Of a stretch of 61,385 nucleotides of DNA, positions 1 through 14,200 are shown in pieces (the first letter of the stretch is position 1; each line of letters starts with the position of its first letter). This DNA comes from Gnetum montanum (taxonomy: Eukaryota > Plantae > Gnetophyta). The notes under the pieces are model-generated. The model was not told the DNA's origin and did no database searches. It saw only the letters and a list, made by a program, of their open reading frames with translations. A program made the position numbers and the translations under genes. The DNA lies in contig MNCI01001880.1 in NCBI GenBank assembly GCA_015680685.1, positions 1 through 61,385 on the forward strand, read 5' to 3'.

Positions 1-329
1 TCAAGTTTAAGAGATATAGTGTGTGTCATCATGATGAGGATAAAAGTTTTAAGGTATTCATAACTCCAAGCTAAGACATCATTGAATTCATGAAATAGAT
101 TATTTTATTTTTCATTTTTTGTTAGTATGTAAATGAGCACCCATTTTAAGGGGATGTTGTTTCCCTTTATTTTTGATTTGAATGATTTTAGATTTAACTA
201 ATGTTTGATCATTAGTATTTTTGGATATTTCCATAGTTTTGATGTGCAAGTTATCAAACAAATCCTCTTGAGTTGCTACTTTTAAAGAATTTCATTCATA
301 AAAATGATATGCTTTGATATATCTTCTTC

Positions 330-3066
330 ATTAACTTGAGAAATCTTTAGACATTGATCATTAAATTTTCCTTGAATGGATAGGAATTTAGAAATTTGAT
401 GATCATCATCAAAAAATTGGAAAGATAGAATGTCATTTAGAATGAAAATGATTTAACCTTTTTAATAATGATTATAGAACCCCAAGAATTAAGGACATAG
501 ACTTTATGATATTTCATAGTTTAATCTTTATCATTAAATATTTTATTAATTAGGTTTATTATAAGATGGAAATTACTATAAATTTTGAGTTTAGATAAAT
601 CATAATATTGGTCTAGTTTAATTTCATGGATAAGCACTTTATATTTAACCATGCTATTTGTCATTAGTCTATTAAAATTAACAACCTTTAGGATTGGAGC
701 TTCATCAAGTGGGATAAGCATGATTCCAGCTCTAGATCCTTTCTTACAAGAAGCATTATCTGCTCTTAATATCAAAGTATTTAAATTAGTATAATCCAAA
801 ACATTAACTCTTTCATCAATATCAGTAATCATCACCATAGATTAGCTCATCTCTTAGAGTTTTAAATGTGAGAATCTCATTTATATTTTTGTCCTTCCCT
901 AATGGTGGAGAATCACCAAAAAGGAAAGTTTTCCCATCATGTTTATTATAAGATAAAGTAACTTCATAGTTTTCTTAGAAGTCTATAAACATTCAATAAT
1001 ATTATGTGGAATATGTATGGATGTAAGGATTTATTTTTAAATCTCTATTAAGTTTTTGCCTATAACATAATATCCTAGGTCTACTTTAATAACCTCAATG
1101 AAAAGGTTAGTATTTTGATTTTGCAAAATTTTATTTTATTGATTAAGGCTTACAACCGCATGCTTAATTCGGTTCCAAAAGTTTGTGATAAAATAATAGC
1201 CTAATTTGGTTGCATATCTAGAACTAAAATATTTGTGTAACATGTCAAGCTAAGGTATTATTTAATTTGGATTTTTACTCCTTTTAAAGAACCTACCATA
1301 GGCAATTTAGATCTATCTTATTAAATGATACTTCTTGTTTGTGGTAGCATTTGTGCTTGTAGCATTTTACATACTTTTAATGAAATGATACTAATAGTTG
1401 CACTCCAATCCATTAGATAATTATGATAGTTTTTTCCTATAATAACTATCATTTCTAGAAAATGAGGTTGATATCTTTTGGTTAGTGTAAAGTTATTCAT
1501 GTTTTTTATTAATAAGACATTATGACTCTTAACAAAATGAACCTTTTTTTTAGTTTAAGAAGAACATTTTTCTTTATTTTTTCTAGTGTATTCATCAATT
1601 TTGAATCACATCCTTCATTTCACTTAAGTATAAAATATTATATATTGAAATGTTGGCCTTAATCATTTTACAACATTCAACAATGTCATAAGATTTATGC
1701 TCATCTCTATCTTTTTGTTGGGGTTGCTTTCCTTTAAGTATAAAAGTTCTATCAAATTGTTGTAAAACATTGGCTTGGGATTATCCTATTTAATTTCTTG
1801 TGTTACTTTGGCTAAGAATTTTATTATTTGAAGGAGTGTAAGGATTGTTTCTAGTTTCAAAGGGGTTTTATTATTATTTTATTTTAGTTTTAAAATTTCA
1901 TTAGACATTTTTTAAATATAAGTCAATATTTATGTAATTTATTTTGTTGATTTTTGGATTAGTTAGTCAATCCTTTAGGATTCATTATAGATTCAATTAA
2001 AGCTTTTATTTAAACATTATTTAGTGAAAAGGAAATTAGATTTTGAAAGAAACTATTCATTAGTTAGGATGTTTGAAGACATTTAGGGGTTTGAAATAGA
2101 TTATTATTGGTGGGAATGTTTGTAAAGAAAATGGACTAGATTGCACAAGATTACTAGTGCTAATAATTCTAAATTAAGTTTGAAGAGCATTTATTAAGGT
2201 AATTTCCCTTAATTTGACAACTTTAGCTATTGCTCCTTGTAATTTTATGATGTTATGTTTAGATTTGATGGCATAGGTAAAGAAAAGATTTTTGGTAGAG
2301 ATTCAAAAGTGAAGAATATTATCAAGTTGAGGTTGCAGCTAATTAGGCAAAGAAGTTAATTGGTGGAGAAAACCTAGTTCTAATCACAAATATTCTTTTG
2401 ATGTAGTTTTCTTAGGCCTATAAAGTTTCTTGAGGCTAAGGGAAAACTAGTGAAGTTATCAAATTAAATTAAATATTTATTCTTAAAATTTAACCATGAA
2501 TTAATCTATGCATTAAGAAGAATAAAAAACCATTATATATATTTTCTCCTAAATATAGTCATGAAGACTCTACAAGCTTTATTATTAGTGACCTTGTAGA
2601 TGCCTAACAAGGTTTCAAAACATTCCATATGCTGATGTATGTTGCTAATGGAAGATGTAATATCAAAGAATAAATTAACATTTTGAAAGGATTTAAGATG
2701 GTATGATAATTTGTAAAGTTGAAATAGATTGTTGACTACATGAGTTGGGTGTGGGTTGGTTGTCATCTTGTCTCAAGTCCTTCTTGAAATAAAGGTTGGA
2801 AAATGTGAAGCTAAATATTTTTGTTCAATAAAATAATTGGTTTCTAGTTAGTTGAGATTGGGAGTTAAGGTCTCTTAAGAATCCAACTATGAGAACCACT
2901 ATTATTCTTAAAGCAAGGAAACCATAAAATGTAAAATAGTGACATATATTAAAACATGGTTGTATGTAAATATGAAAATGAGCATGTAACTTAAACTTTA
3001 GGAAAATACATAACAAAATTATGATAATGTGCAAATATAAAAGACTTCATCTCACCAATGTTAAAA
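330..3066 (-). mobile_element. Decayed Ty3/Gypsy (Tat-like) remnant: gag, aspartic protease, archaeal-type RNase H
   Basis: Gag-like HQHMECFETLLGIYKVTNNKACRVF (2533-2766). Protease-like PHFLEMIVIIGKNYHNYLMDWSATISII (~1381-1473). RNase HI-like ILRADNASCKKGSRAGIMLI..TNSMVKY..LKIYSNFHLIINLI (521-838). Many stops; ends approximate. Confidence 0.7.
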
Positions 3067-4757
3067 CTAAGGTAAGAAGCATCAAATTAAATTAGAAATT
3101 TTTTTCTTCTAGTATCAATAAAGAAGAAGTATTAATGCATAGAAATTTTCACATAAAAAGTTCTCTACAACTAATTTTAAGAGACTCTCATCAAGGACAC
3201 CTTCTATATGGGTTTAGAAACATGAGAATAGTCTCAACTATAAGATTGAAAATAATATAGTAATTAGTAATATTTTCAATGCATATTATTTTTTAAGAGG
3301 ATAAAGGATGGAAAACAAAATAATCTATACAAAATGTATAATAGAAAATCATGCTTGAGGATATAACATAAATAGAATAATAAAATAAAAATTAAAATGG
3401 TTTTTACTTCAAATGTAAAAGCATGGTATAACAAAAGATATAAAGCTCTAGAATTGAATAAAGACAAATGCTTATAGTTTAAATGAAATCCTATTAAAGT
3501 CTGAAACTAAACAAAGATGAATATATGTAGTTTAAATAGGGTAATACTAAAATAAATATAATGCTAATAAAATATAAAAGGATAAAAAATAATTTATGTG
3601 CATGTGGTTCTCAACAAAATCATACTAAAACAATTTCATAGTCTTGGAAAGAATAAAATCCAAAATGGAGATTCAAGCTCATAATGTTTATACTAGTAGA
3701 TTAAGAAAAAGAGACAATACTTAAAAAAAGATGTTACTTGGCTTAAAAATTGATTTTTGAATCTCTTTAGCCATGTGAACTTTTCTTAAACTAACTTACC
3801 TACATGTACCTCCAAAGGATATCCCTCTTATAGAAAGTCTTTGTGTTAGTTCTTCTTCTCTTCCAGCAACTATATATAAAATTCTCTATTTAGGTAAAGA
3901 TCAAAAATGATCTCATTCTCATTAGTTTATAATGATCAAAACTAATCCAAAGAAATAGAACTAGATGGGAAAATAGAATCTTATTTAGGAGGGAAGTCAA
4001 ATAGTACAAGGTTTCTTCCTTCTTTCTCTTCAAGTATAAGGCTTAAGCAAGAAAAAATGAGGATTTTAAATCTAGTAAATTGAAACCTAGAAGTTCAAGA
4101 AGCTTCTAGCTTTCCCTTAGTTTCTTCTCTTATTCACTATCACCATTCATTAATGATCTCTCCTTTTCTACATCTACATTTAATGCTCCTTCCTTCCTCC
4201 ATTTGCAATTGGACTTTTCCCAACTATTTGTCTTCGTCATATGCTTGATTCTATCTATAACACTTGTCTATATTTGCAACAACTGTAAAAAGTGTAGTAT
4301 CATAATTCTTTTAATAAGCTAATCTTAAAACAAACTATGAGCTCAAAATACCAAGTTGTTAAAATATATTAATTATTATACAACTTGAAATGAGAATTTT
4401 AATCATCATGTGGTTATTACATGTAATTCAATATCGTCATTATGCTAACTTCATCAAACTAAGATGAATGATTTTGATGGTTATACTAGGGACAAATTAA
4501 TGATAATATCTAAATTTAAAAAATAGTAACAAGGATAATGAAACCAAAAAAAATTATAATTCCAACTAAATCAAAAAAAGGAAATACATAAAACTATGGA
4601 CATATTACTATGCAATCATTTATTAGAAATTCATGATCAGTATAACTTGACCATCATCGATAATCTAATCATGCAACATTGGATAAGATGACCATAAAAG
4701 CCAATACAATTTAATAAGAGATTGAATAGTTGATTTTTCGCATAAGTTATAAATAAT

Positions 4758-4829
4758 GAGCTATTACCCTAGTGGTAAGAATCTTGGCCTTGTAACTCTA
4801 GGTCATAGGTTTGATTCTATTGGGGAGCA
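4758..4829 (+). pseudogene. Degenerate tRNA-like sequence (Thr UGU-like pseudogene or SINE head)
   Basis: A-box-like TAGTGGTAAGA, anticodon loop CTTGTAA, B-box GGTTTGATTC (deaminated GGTTCGATTC), ends GGGAGCA; stems are imperfect. Confidence 0.5.
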
Positions 4830-5479
4830 TTAAGTTATAAATTAAAAAGAAATTTCATAAAAAGAATTCTAAACTTGATCAAATAGATCCAAGGAGTCTA
4901 CATACATGTAAGTAAAAATTTTAATTTTAGTTTCATAAACAAATAAACTGGTTATATACATATCAAGGAAAATTATATATAAGTTAAGCAGATGTTTATC
5001 AAAATTGAAATTCCCAAATACTAGTTTGTATAGCATGAGGAACAATGAAGATTTTTTACAGAAATAAAACATCTAGAATACCTCAATTTGAAAGAATCAA
5101 ATAATTAAAAAAATTAATGCACATAGTACCTAAGATTAAAAATATTAAAAAAACAAATATACCTCTACAACATGACTCATGCCTATAATAAAATGTTTGA
5201 CCCAAAAACATGATCTAAGAAACAAACTTCTTAGGTCACACTAAATAATATATTTCTAATTATAAATGCGATCAGCAACCATGCTTTACTTCCTTTCATA
5301 AGCCAGAGAAATAAGCAATCAAAAAACTACAATATAAATTCTAATTAAGTATCAGATTTCAATGAAAAGTGAAAGCATTGTAGAAATAAAAACCCCTAAA
5401 TATATACAAAAGAGTATGCATCACTGAATTGTGAGTTATCAAAAGCCATGAAACAAATAAAAATAATATGTTATCATCT

Positions 5480-7020
5480 TTTATTTGGATTTTAGGTTGG
5501 AACTTTTGGCTAGAATCAATGATCGTGAAGTTTTTGGAGCATGTAAAGGTTTATAAGAATGGTGGGCTATTGAAAGAAGTATGATTTTTTGAGATCAAAA
5601 TGTAAACCTTGAACTAGAATCTTGAGCACAAAATTGAAAAGCCCTCCATCAAAGGTACCAAAGCTTGGAAATCAATCATGTTGTGGAGAACACAAGGGTT
5701 GAAAATAAATATGAAAAACATTTGATCTCTGTATCATTGGTTGATTAAGCCATAAGAATTCAAACCTTGGAGGAAACCCTTATAGAATCAATGAAGGCTA
5801 TGAAGAGCTACTCTAATGAAGTGAAGAATTCATGGGAAAGAGACCTATACCATTTTAAGTGCTTTTCCTATCAATGAATTTGCAAAACTCCTTACTATGG
5901 TAATGGGATAGTTAGGCAATAGCATACATTCATTTCAGAAGATAATAACATGATTAGTGGGATCAACTTTCCCACTATACTTGGTGAAATTAAACAAGAA
6001 AATCCATTAGGAACTTGCGTAGGTGAAAATAATGCACTAATGAGATTAATAATGAGATGGGTGATAGAGCCTATGGGACTTCCCCCATAAAATGTTATGA
6101 CTTTATGAGTTTAATCCTCATTGGCTTAAAAATGGGATGATAGGTTTTGAAGTAAAAAAAAAAAGTTTAGAAGGCACACTAAGAATGGTTGGCATAATAG
6201 GATTTCCTAGAATAAGATTATGGCCAGGTAACATATGCTAGGGAGGTGTATCTATAAGCAATAAAATCAGCTGAGAAACATTGTATTTTATCAGTGGTTG
6301 GAAAGCTAGAGGGAATGGAAGTGAGGCCTATTATTGTTGGACTAGTGGTGTAATGAATAATGGTTGAAAAAAGTTTAGCAAGGGATTAGAGTTTTGGACT
6401 TGTACTTGGAATGTTAGATTTACAAATATTATGTTATGAAGCAAGTTGTATGTTGGTGGTAGGGTACGACTAGAATGAGCAATGGTAGCTACAGGAGTTG
6501 GAGTAAGGACTATAAGATAGATGGGTTGAGTGACATGCTAGTTGACAAAATTGGTAAAATTAGTGAGGTGAATGTACTAGGGAGTTGGGATTGCTAGTTG
6601 TGTGATGTCCTAGTGGAGCAGTTCTATGGGTATTAAAACATGATCATTTTTATCCTCTTCTTTTTCGTGGATGCTGATGCTACCTCCATCTTCACTTTGT
6701 TGATCTTAGGATTGGTACTTCTATTGAAGTTGATATTAGGATGATCCACTGGGTAATCCATCATAGTCTACGTTTATTATACTTTGGCACTAGAAAGTGG
6801 CTATATCTAATCTTTGATGAGTAGATATTATACTAGTGCTATCCTTTCATATTTATCCAACTCAACCAAATGGTTGGGATTAGGAAGAATAGGCTCTAAG
6901 TTGTTGGAAGTTTCATAATGTTCAATCTCCACAACTCATTTTTGGATAGTTTAATGATTAACTCCTATATCATACATGCAATCTTATAATCATGGATGGA
7001 CATAGATGCCATGAATGCTT
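5480..7020 (-). mobile_element. Decayed Gypsy gag remnant
   Basis: Minus strand near 5940-6030 reads FTKYSGKVDPTNHVII, matching the gag motif FxKYxGxxDPxxH; ends approximate. Confidence 0.55.
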
Positions 7021-9029
7021 GAGATTTCCTCATTTTCATTAGTCAATAGACCTAGAAGCTTTGAGATGAGTCATATCCTTGGCCAGACATGATGTTAACA
7101 AAGCATCTTTTAGATACACTTGGAAAGAAGGATATAATGCAAATGGAAAAGGAGAATATTGTATAGTGAAGATAAAAATGTTAAAGATATGTAAAATAAG
7201 AAAAATAAAAAATGTTGGAAAGAATCTATGAACTTTTAGACAAAGGCTTTGTAACAGTAGAAAACCTATTGAACCTTCTTTTAGTGCCAAAAATGTTCCT
7301 ATAAAAATGTTCTCTTAGAAATTTACAAGAACACATCAATGAAATGTACATTATATTGCAATCACACATACTTGTATAGGATCTCACTATCTATTAATTA
7401 AAACCTGGAGATGGATATATGTAATAATGAAAGATGAAGAACATATCTTTTTGAATTTTCATTTCTTTAATGCTTTTACACTTAAATATAACATTCAAGC
7501 AACAAATTTTTCACCCTTGTTTTATGTGGAAGTGTTAACTTTAGATCATTGTCTTGATGAGGTGTTCAAGAACCATCATGATCATAGCAAAACCTTGTAA
7601 AAAGTAAACATTTCTATTTTTATTTCCAATTCCATTTTCAATTACCTTGGCCAAAAACCCATATTCTACATCGGTAATGTTGACATGAAGAGTAATGTTG
7701 TTAAAGGGAAAATTACTTCATATGGACAAATATGTGCATGATGATGAATCCCATGGTAGAAATATTGCTCATCCATTGTAGAAGTATTAATCATTCAACC
7801 TTTAACCAACATCTGCATAAGCCCTTTAATTCCTTGGTTGGAATTAAGGAAATGTATGTTTTCGTTTCTTTTTATTTTATTGAAAAAAAGAATAGCGAAT
7901 TATATTAATATGCTGAAAATACAAGGAAACACTCACAAAAATTAGTGCATTTTGAAGCTATCTATTATGCATAGAATGTTTTTGTGTGTGTCAAGATCAT
8001 TAGGTATGTTGATGATTGTAAGGCGTACAATTTGGAAAGGAGACTAAAGATTTGAGTTAGTGAATGATTCTTTATTATTGTGTCTGATTTAGTGTTTCAA
8101 AAAGTGGAAAATGTATCAAGTCAAGATATTTTAAGTATTATAATAAATAGGCTAGCTAGGATCACTTATATTTAAAAGTTAGAAAAATCATATCTAAAAC
8201 TATTAATTTCTTTCTAAAAATAAAGTTTGTTATTAAAGTCATGCTAACATTAGTGAGGTTGACAAAAATTCTAATCCAACTACTACTAATTAAACCTACA
8301 ATCTATCATAGACTTGAAAAATTATGGTTCACCCCAAGTCTACCATCATAATTCAACAATGAGAGGGTCCAAGATTCATCCTGTAGTATGTAAATATCTT
8401 CCTTTACATTCACCAACTATAAGCTTGTATATTGATTATTGGTATCTAAATATCTTCCATTCCTTTCACATGTCCTATATTTGCAATAATGTTTTTTTTA
8501 ACAAATTGGTACTTGAGAAAGAAATGATGTTCGGTCCCCCCATGGAAAAAGTTATTGTTGGCCCTATTAGGCAATCAATATCCTAATCATGATGATGATG
8601 TATGATAGCATGTCCATGCAGAGAAGAGGCTAATATGCATAAATTGAAAACCCAAGTATTTAAACCCATAATTTTTTCTCTTCATCCATAGCTTCCATTT
8701 CATTTTTTTCCACTTGCATTTTTTTTGTTTGCACCATTGAATGTGCAACCACCAAAACTTTTTAGGATAAATGCTTAGGTAAATGTTATGTTTGCTTTCT
8801 TTTCTTGTTTTAGTTTGATTGATGTAATGAAGGACTTCTTGTGTTGCTCGTTGTGAATGCTCTCACTCATTGAAAGGTTTTGGGTGTTTTACAATTTTGT
8901 GTTCTTATGAATGATTGTTGTGCAATTTAATAGCACTATTATAATTTCTTCTTTAGATTGTAAGCATAATGTGCCTTGCATCCATCTCACACTAGGATTT
9001 TTCACAGTTTGCAAATCATAGTTTCATAG

Positions 9030-9285
9030 CACTATATTTTCTACTTTTGCACTTCAAACTACAAATTTCTATGAGTTGTAGCAGATTAGCATTTTTTTTA
9101 CTATTGTTTTGTTCTTCTCAAGTTCTAACTATGAGGGAAATGCAAGACAATCTAGTAGCACTATTTTCTCTTCTTTTTTTCATTTCTAATTATGAGGGAA
9201 TTGTAGTGCAGAATATGGTAACACTATGTTTTAGTTCCTCTCAAGTTCTAATTATGAGGCAAATGCAACCCACAGTTTTGTAGCA
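9030..9285. repeat. Degenerate ~60-bp tandem repeat (3-4 copies)
   Basis: Recurrent TCTCAAGTTCTAAYTATGAGG(G/C)AAATGCAA and GTAGCACTATTTT segments. Confidence 0.5.
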
Positions 9286-11269
9286 AAATTTTAAAAAATA
9301 TTTAAGATTTTATTTTCTAGAGATCACTCAGAAATTTTATAAATGATACTAACCTTCCACCATTCTATGTGGAGCCCACTCCTTGGACAATTTTCTTTGC
9401 TTAGCACCATATCCAGGTAGATGTTTGTTTTGTTTTCATAGTTTTTAGTATAAATCTATATCAACATATTAGCGAATGTAGGTTTTAAGTAATTAGTTAT
9501 ATTTATCAAATGTCATGTTTATTATGTTTTGCATTTTGATTTAAAATGCAGATTTTTAGTACCACATGTTTACATGTGATGGCAACTTTATTAATTTTTT
9601 GTAGAGAAGGTTTGGTTTCAAAATATAATACAAGGAATGAAGAGAGAAAAAGGAAACACGTGATACATTCAATAGGTGATAAGAAGGTAGAATTTTTGAT
9701 TTCGAGGTGGTTTTCTATCCTAATATAAAAGGCATGTAGTTATGGACAATGGCCTACTCATTCTCACAGCTAGTTGTATCATTTTTTTAGAAATATTTTC
9801 CTTCTATCACCTTTCTATAATGCTTATCCTGAGGAAATAATTGCCACATTCACTACAAATTTTATTTTTAAAATAGAAAACCATTTCTTCTTATTGTAAG
9901 GATTGTGTTACATTGAAATCATGTTTAAAATGTTGAAATAAAATTTTAAGATTAAGCACATTTTGGTGGGTTAGAAAATCTATTTCATATCATGTTTATA
10001 TTTCTTAAAATAGCATAATAGTAAAATTTTTAAAATGTTTAGATTCATGCTAATACTAGCAGAGAACTACAAGAGGAATGTTGTGTTTGTAATGATTCCA
10101 AGAAAATGTCTTATAAACTAATTTTATCTAAACTAGACTATTTTATTTATTTCAAAGCTTAAAATTTTGGAAGGGCCACTTCAATGATACTATTATTAAA
10201 CAAGATCATAGGGAAGACAAATTTTCAATTAGATGAGATCTATAGCATTATAGGTAATTTCAAGAATTTAGGAAGGTTTTCTTATGGAATAGTCAAATGA
10301 TAAATCATGTTACCATTAACTTTTGTGGCTTAAGACTTCTTCCTTTTTGCCCTTTTTTCTTCTAAAAAAAGCATCTCTAATGCTTACCAAAATACTCCAA
10401 AATGGAATGTTAGCCCATGATTATGAACCTGTATGTGCTCACAAGTAACCTTAGAAACAATGTAAAATACTTACATTTATGAATTTTGTATTCAAATTTG
10501 ATTATCCTAATTGATCCAATGAAAAAAAGAAAGTACAAAAATTTATAGAAATAACCTTCAAACTTTGAGAAAGCTTAGAAGTAATCAAAAAGCAAACTAG
10601 AGTATCACAAGACCAATTAGCAACAAATCCTATCACAAGATTATGCCATGGACCAAAACATTATGTTTACTCGAAATTTTAGACCATAGGTATCATGAGT
10701 TTGGAGAGAGTTATATTATGTTTCAATAACATTAAAGAAAAAATTCGAACACTGTTATTCATGGATAAGATTAAAGGAGTAGGTAAAGGTATTGAGAATC
10801 AAAGAAGCCAACATTGGAAGGCCCAAAGCAACCCATGATTTAAGAAGATAACAATAATTTAGTTTCATAATTTATGCATCAACGTAATTATATTTTATAA
10901 AAGATTTTTTCTTAATTTCAATGACTAAACCACATGAATTTATTACACTTCTAAAAGAACTTGGGGATTTAGTGGGTAGAGTATTTGAGAGATTGTGATT
11001 AAATGAAATTTCATAGATTTCTCTATTTCATTCTCTTAATCATTACTTCCAATGATTTCTTTTAAAATCATGGCTCTGTAGTCTTGAGATGTTCATTTAC
11101 ATAGAGTTTTTACAATGTATCATTATTAGGAAACTATAAGAGAAAAAGTTGAACATCCAGATGCATGAAATAACATTTATATTTTCATATATTGTTTAAA
11201 TAAGAGACTAAACAAAAAAAATCATTACATTAGTAGTATCTTTGTGAGATAATTTTTGAAGGTTCTAAA

Positions 11270-14200
11270 TAGCTCTGACCTATAGCATTAGCCTTCCAAA
11301 TGATCCTCTACCTTCTAGTATCTTAAAACTTCAAGCAATTGTCACTTCTAGTAGGTTTTAATGCCTTCCAATTAGGACTGCGGGAGGGTGCTAGTTGCAG
11401 TGCCTTGCAATTTACCTAGACCTTGCTACTAGATGATCCTCTACCTTTTGAAAGCCATAAATTTGAATCAATTATTCCCTACTAGAAATTATAAATTCCT
11501 TTTGGAAGGGACTATGGGAGGGTGCTACTCTCACTACCTTGTAGTTTACCTAAAACTTGCTACTAGATTATCCTCTACCTTCCAAAAGTTTCTAAATGCC
11601 TTAAGTTGATCTTTTTTCTTCTAGATGATCCTCTACCTATCAATAGTCTTAAACTCCAAGCAATTATTCCCTTCTAGAATGTCTAAATGCCTTATGATTA
11701 GAACTACGGGAGGGTGCTAGTCACACTACCTTGCAGTTCGTGTAATACTTGCTACCGAATGATCATCTACCTTTTAGAAGCCAAATAATAAAACCAATTA
11801 TTCCCTACTGGAAGGCTTGTATGCCCTTTAGTTGATCTTTTACATTCTATATGACTCTTTGCCTACTAGTAGCCTTAAACTCTAAGCAATTCTTCCATTT
11901 CAAAAGGTTTGAATGCCTTCTGGTTAGGATTGTGGAAGTGTGCTAGTCACACTGCCTCATAGTTTATGTAGTATTTGCTCTTGAATGACCCTTTACCTAC
12001 TGGAAGCCATAAACTCCAACCAATTATTTCCTTCAGGAAGGTTTAAATGCCTTTCAGATGATCTTTAGCCTTTTGGATGACCCTCTGCCTTCCAATAGCC
12101 TCAAACTCTAAGTAATTGTTTTCTTCTAGAAGGTCTAAATTCCTTTTGGTTAGGACTATAGAAGGGTGCTAGTCATACTACCTTGTAGTTTACGTAGTAC
12201 TTGCTACCAAATGATACTATGCCTTTTGAAAGCAACAAATTCCAATAAATTATTCCCTACCTAAAGGCATGGATGCTTATCAGTTGATCCATTACGTTGC
12301 AAATTATCCTCTACCTACCAATAGCCTTAAACTCCAAGTAATTCTTTCCTTCTAGAAGTTATGGAGGCTTTCAATTGGGATTGTAGAAGGATTCTAGTTC
12401 CACTACCTCGCAACTTATGTAGTACTTGCTACTAGATGACCCTCTACCTTCAAGAAACCATAAACTCAAACTAATTATTCCTTCTAGTTCATCTTTTGCA
12501 TTCTAGATGATCCTCTACCTATCAGTAGCCTTAAACAAAAAATAATTCTTTTCTTTTAGAAGGTCTAAATACCTTTTGGTTGAGACTATGAGAGGATGCT
12601 AGTCACTTGGCCTCATAGTTTATGTAGTACTTTCTACCAGATGATCCTCTACCTACCAAAAGCAATAAAATCCAACCAATTATTCCCTTTTGGAAGGTTT
12701 GAATTTCTTCTAGTTGGGATTGAGAAAGAGTGCTAGTCACACTACCTCACAATTTATGTAGTACTTGCTACTAGATGACCCTATACCTTCCTGAAGCCAC
12801 AGACTCTAACCAATTATTTCCTACTGAAAAGCCTAGATGCCTTCCAGTTGATCCTTTGCCTTTTAGATGAACATTTTCCTATCAGTAGCCTTAAACTCCA
12901 AGCCATTCTTCCATTCCAAAAGGTTTAGAGGCCTTCTGGTTGGGACTATGGGAGGATGCTAGTCACACTACCTCGTAGTTTACATACTACTTACTACCAG
13001 ATGACCCTCTACCTTCCAAAAGCTAGAAACTCCAACTACTTATTCCCTTCTAAAAGGTCTGAATACCTTCTAGATGATCTTCACCCTTCTGGATGATCCT
13101 ATACCTTTGGGTATCCTCAAACTCCAAGTAATTGTTCCCTTTTGAAAGGTCTGAATGCTTTCCGATTAGAACTATAGAATGGTGCTAGTCACACTGCCTC
13201 ACAATTTACATAGTACTTGCCATTGAATGACCCTCTACCTTGTGGAAGCCACAAATCCTATCAATAACCTTAACCTCCAAGGAATTCTTTCCTACCAAAA
13301 GGTCTAAATACCTTTCGATTGAAACTACAAAAGGATGCTAGTTATGCTACCTTATAGTTTACATGGTACTTGCTATTGGATTACCCTCTACCTTTTGGAA
13401 GCCACAAAATCCAATCAATTGTTCCTACTAAAAGGCCTAGATGCCTTCTAGATGACCCTTTGCCTACTAGTAGCCTTAAACTCCAAATAATTTTTTCCTT
13501 CTAGAAAGTTTGAAGGCCTTCTAGTTGAAACTATGGGAGGGTGTTAGTTGCACTACCTTGAAGTTTATGTAGTACTTGCTATCCATTATCTTTCAAAAGC
13601 CACAAACTCTAACCAATTATTCCCTATGAGAAGGCCTGGATGGCTTTTAGTTGATCTTTTATCTTTTAGATGATCCTATGCCTACAAGTAGCCTTAAAAT
13701 TGAAGTAATTCTTCACTTTTAGAAAGTCTAAAGATCTTCCAATTATGACTACAAGATGGTGCTAGTCACACTGCCTTTTAGTTTACATAGTACTTGCTAC
13801 CAGATGATCCTTTACCTTCTAAAAGCCATAAAATCTAACCAACTATTCCCTTTCAAAAGGTTTAAATGCCTTCTAGATGATCTTCAACCTTCCAAATGAC
13901 CCTTTGCATTTTCGTAGCCTTAAACTCCAAGTAATTGTTTCTTTCCAAAGGGTTTGAATACCTTTCAATTAGAACTATGAAAGGATGCTAGTCCCACTAC
14001 CTTGCAACTTACATAGTACTTGCTACCAGATGATCCTCTATGTTTCAAAAGCCATAAAGTCCAACCAATTATTCCACACATGAAGGCTTGAATGCCTTCT
14101 AATTAATAATTTTCTTTCTAGATGGTCCTCTACATACCGATAGCCTTAAACTCTAAGTAATTCTTCCCTATCAAAAGGTCTAAAGGCCTTTTGATTGGAA

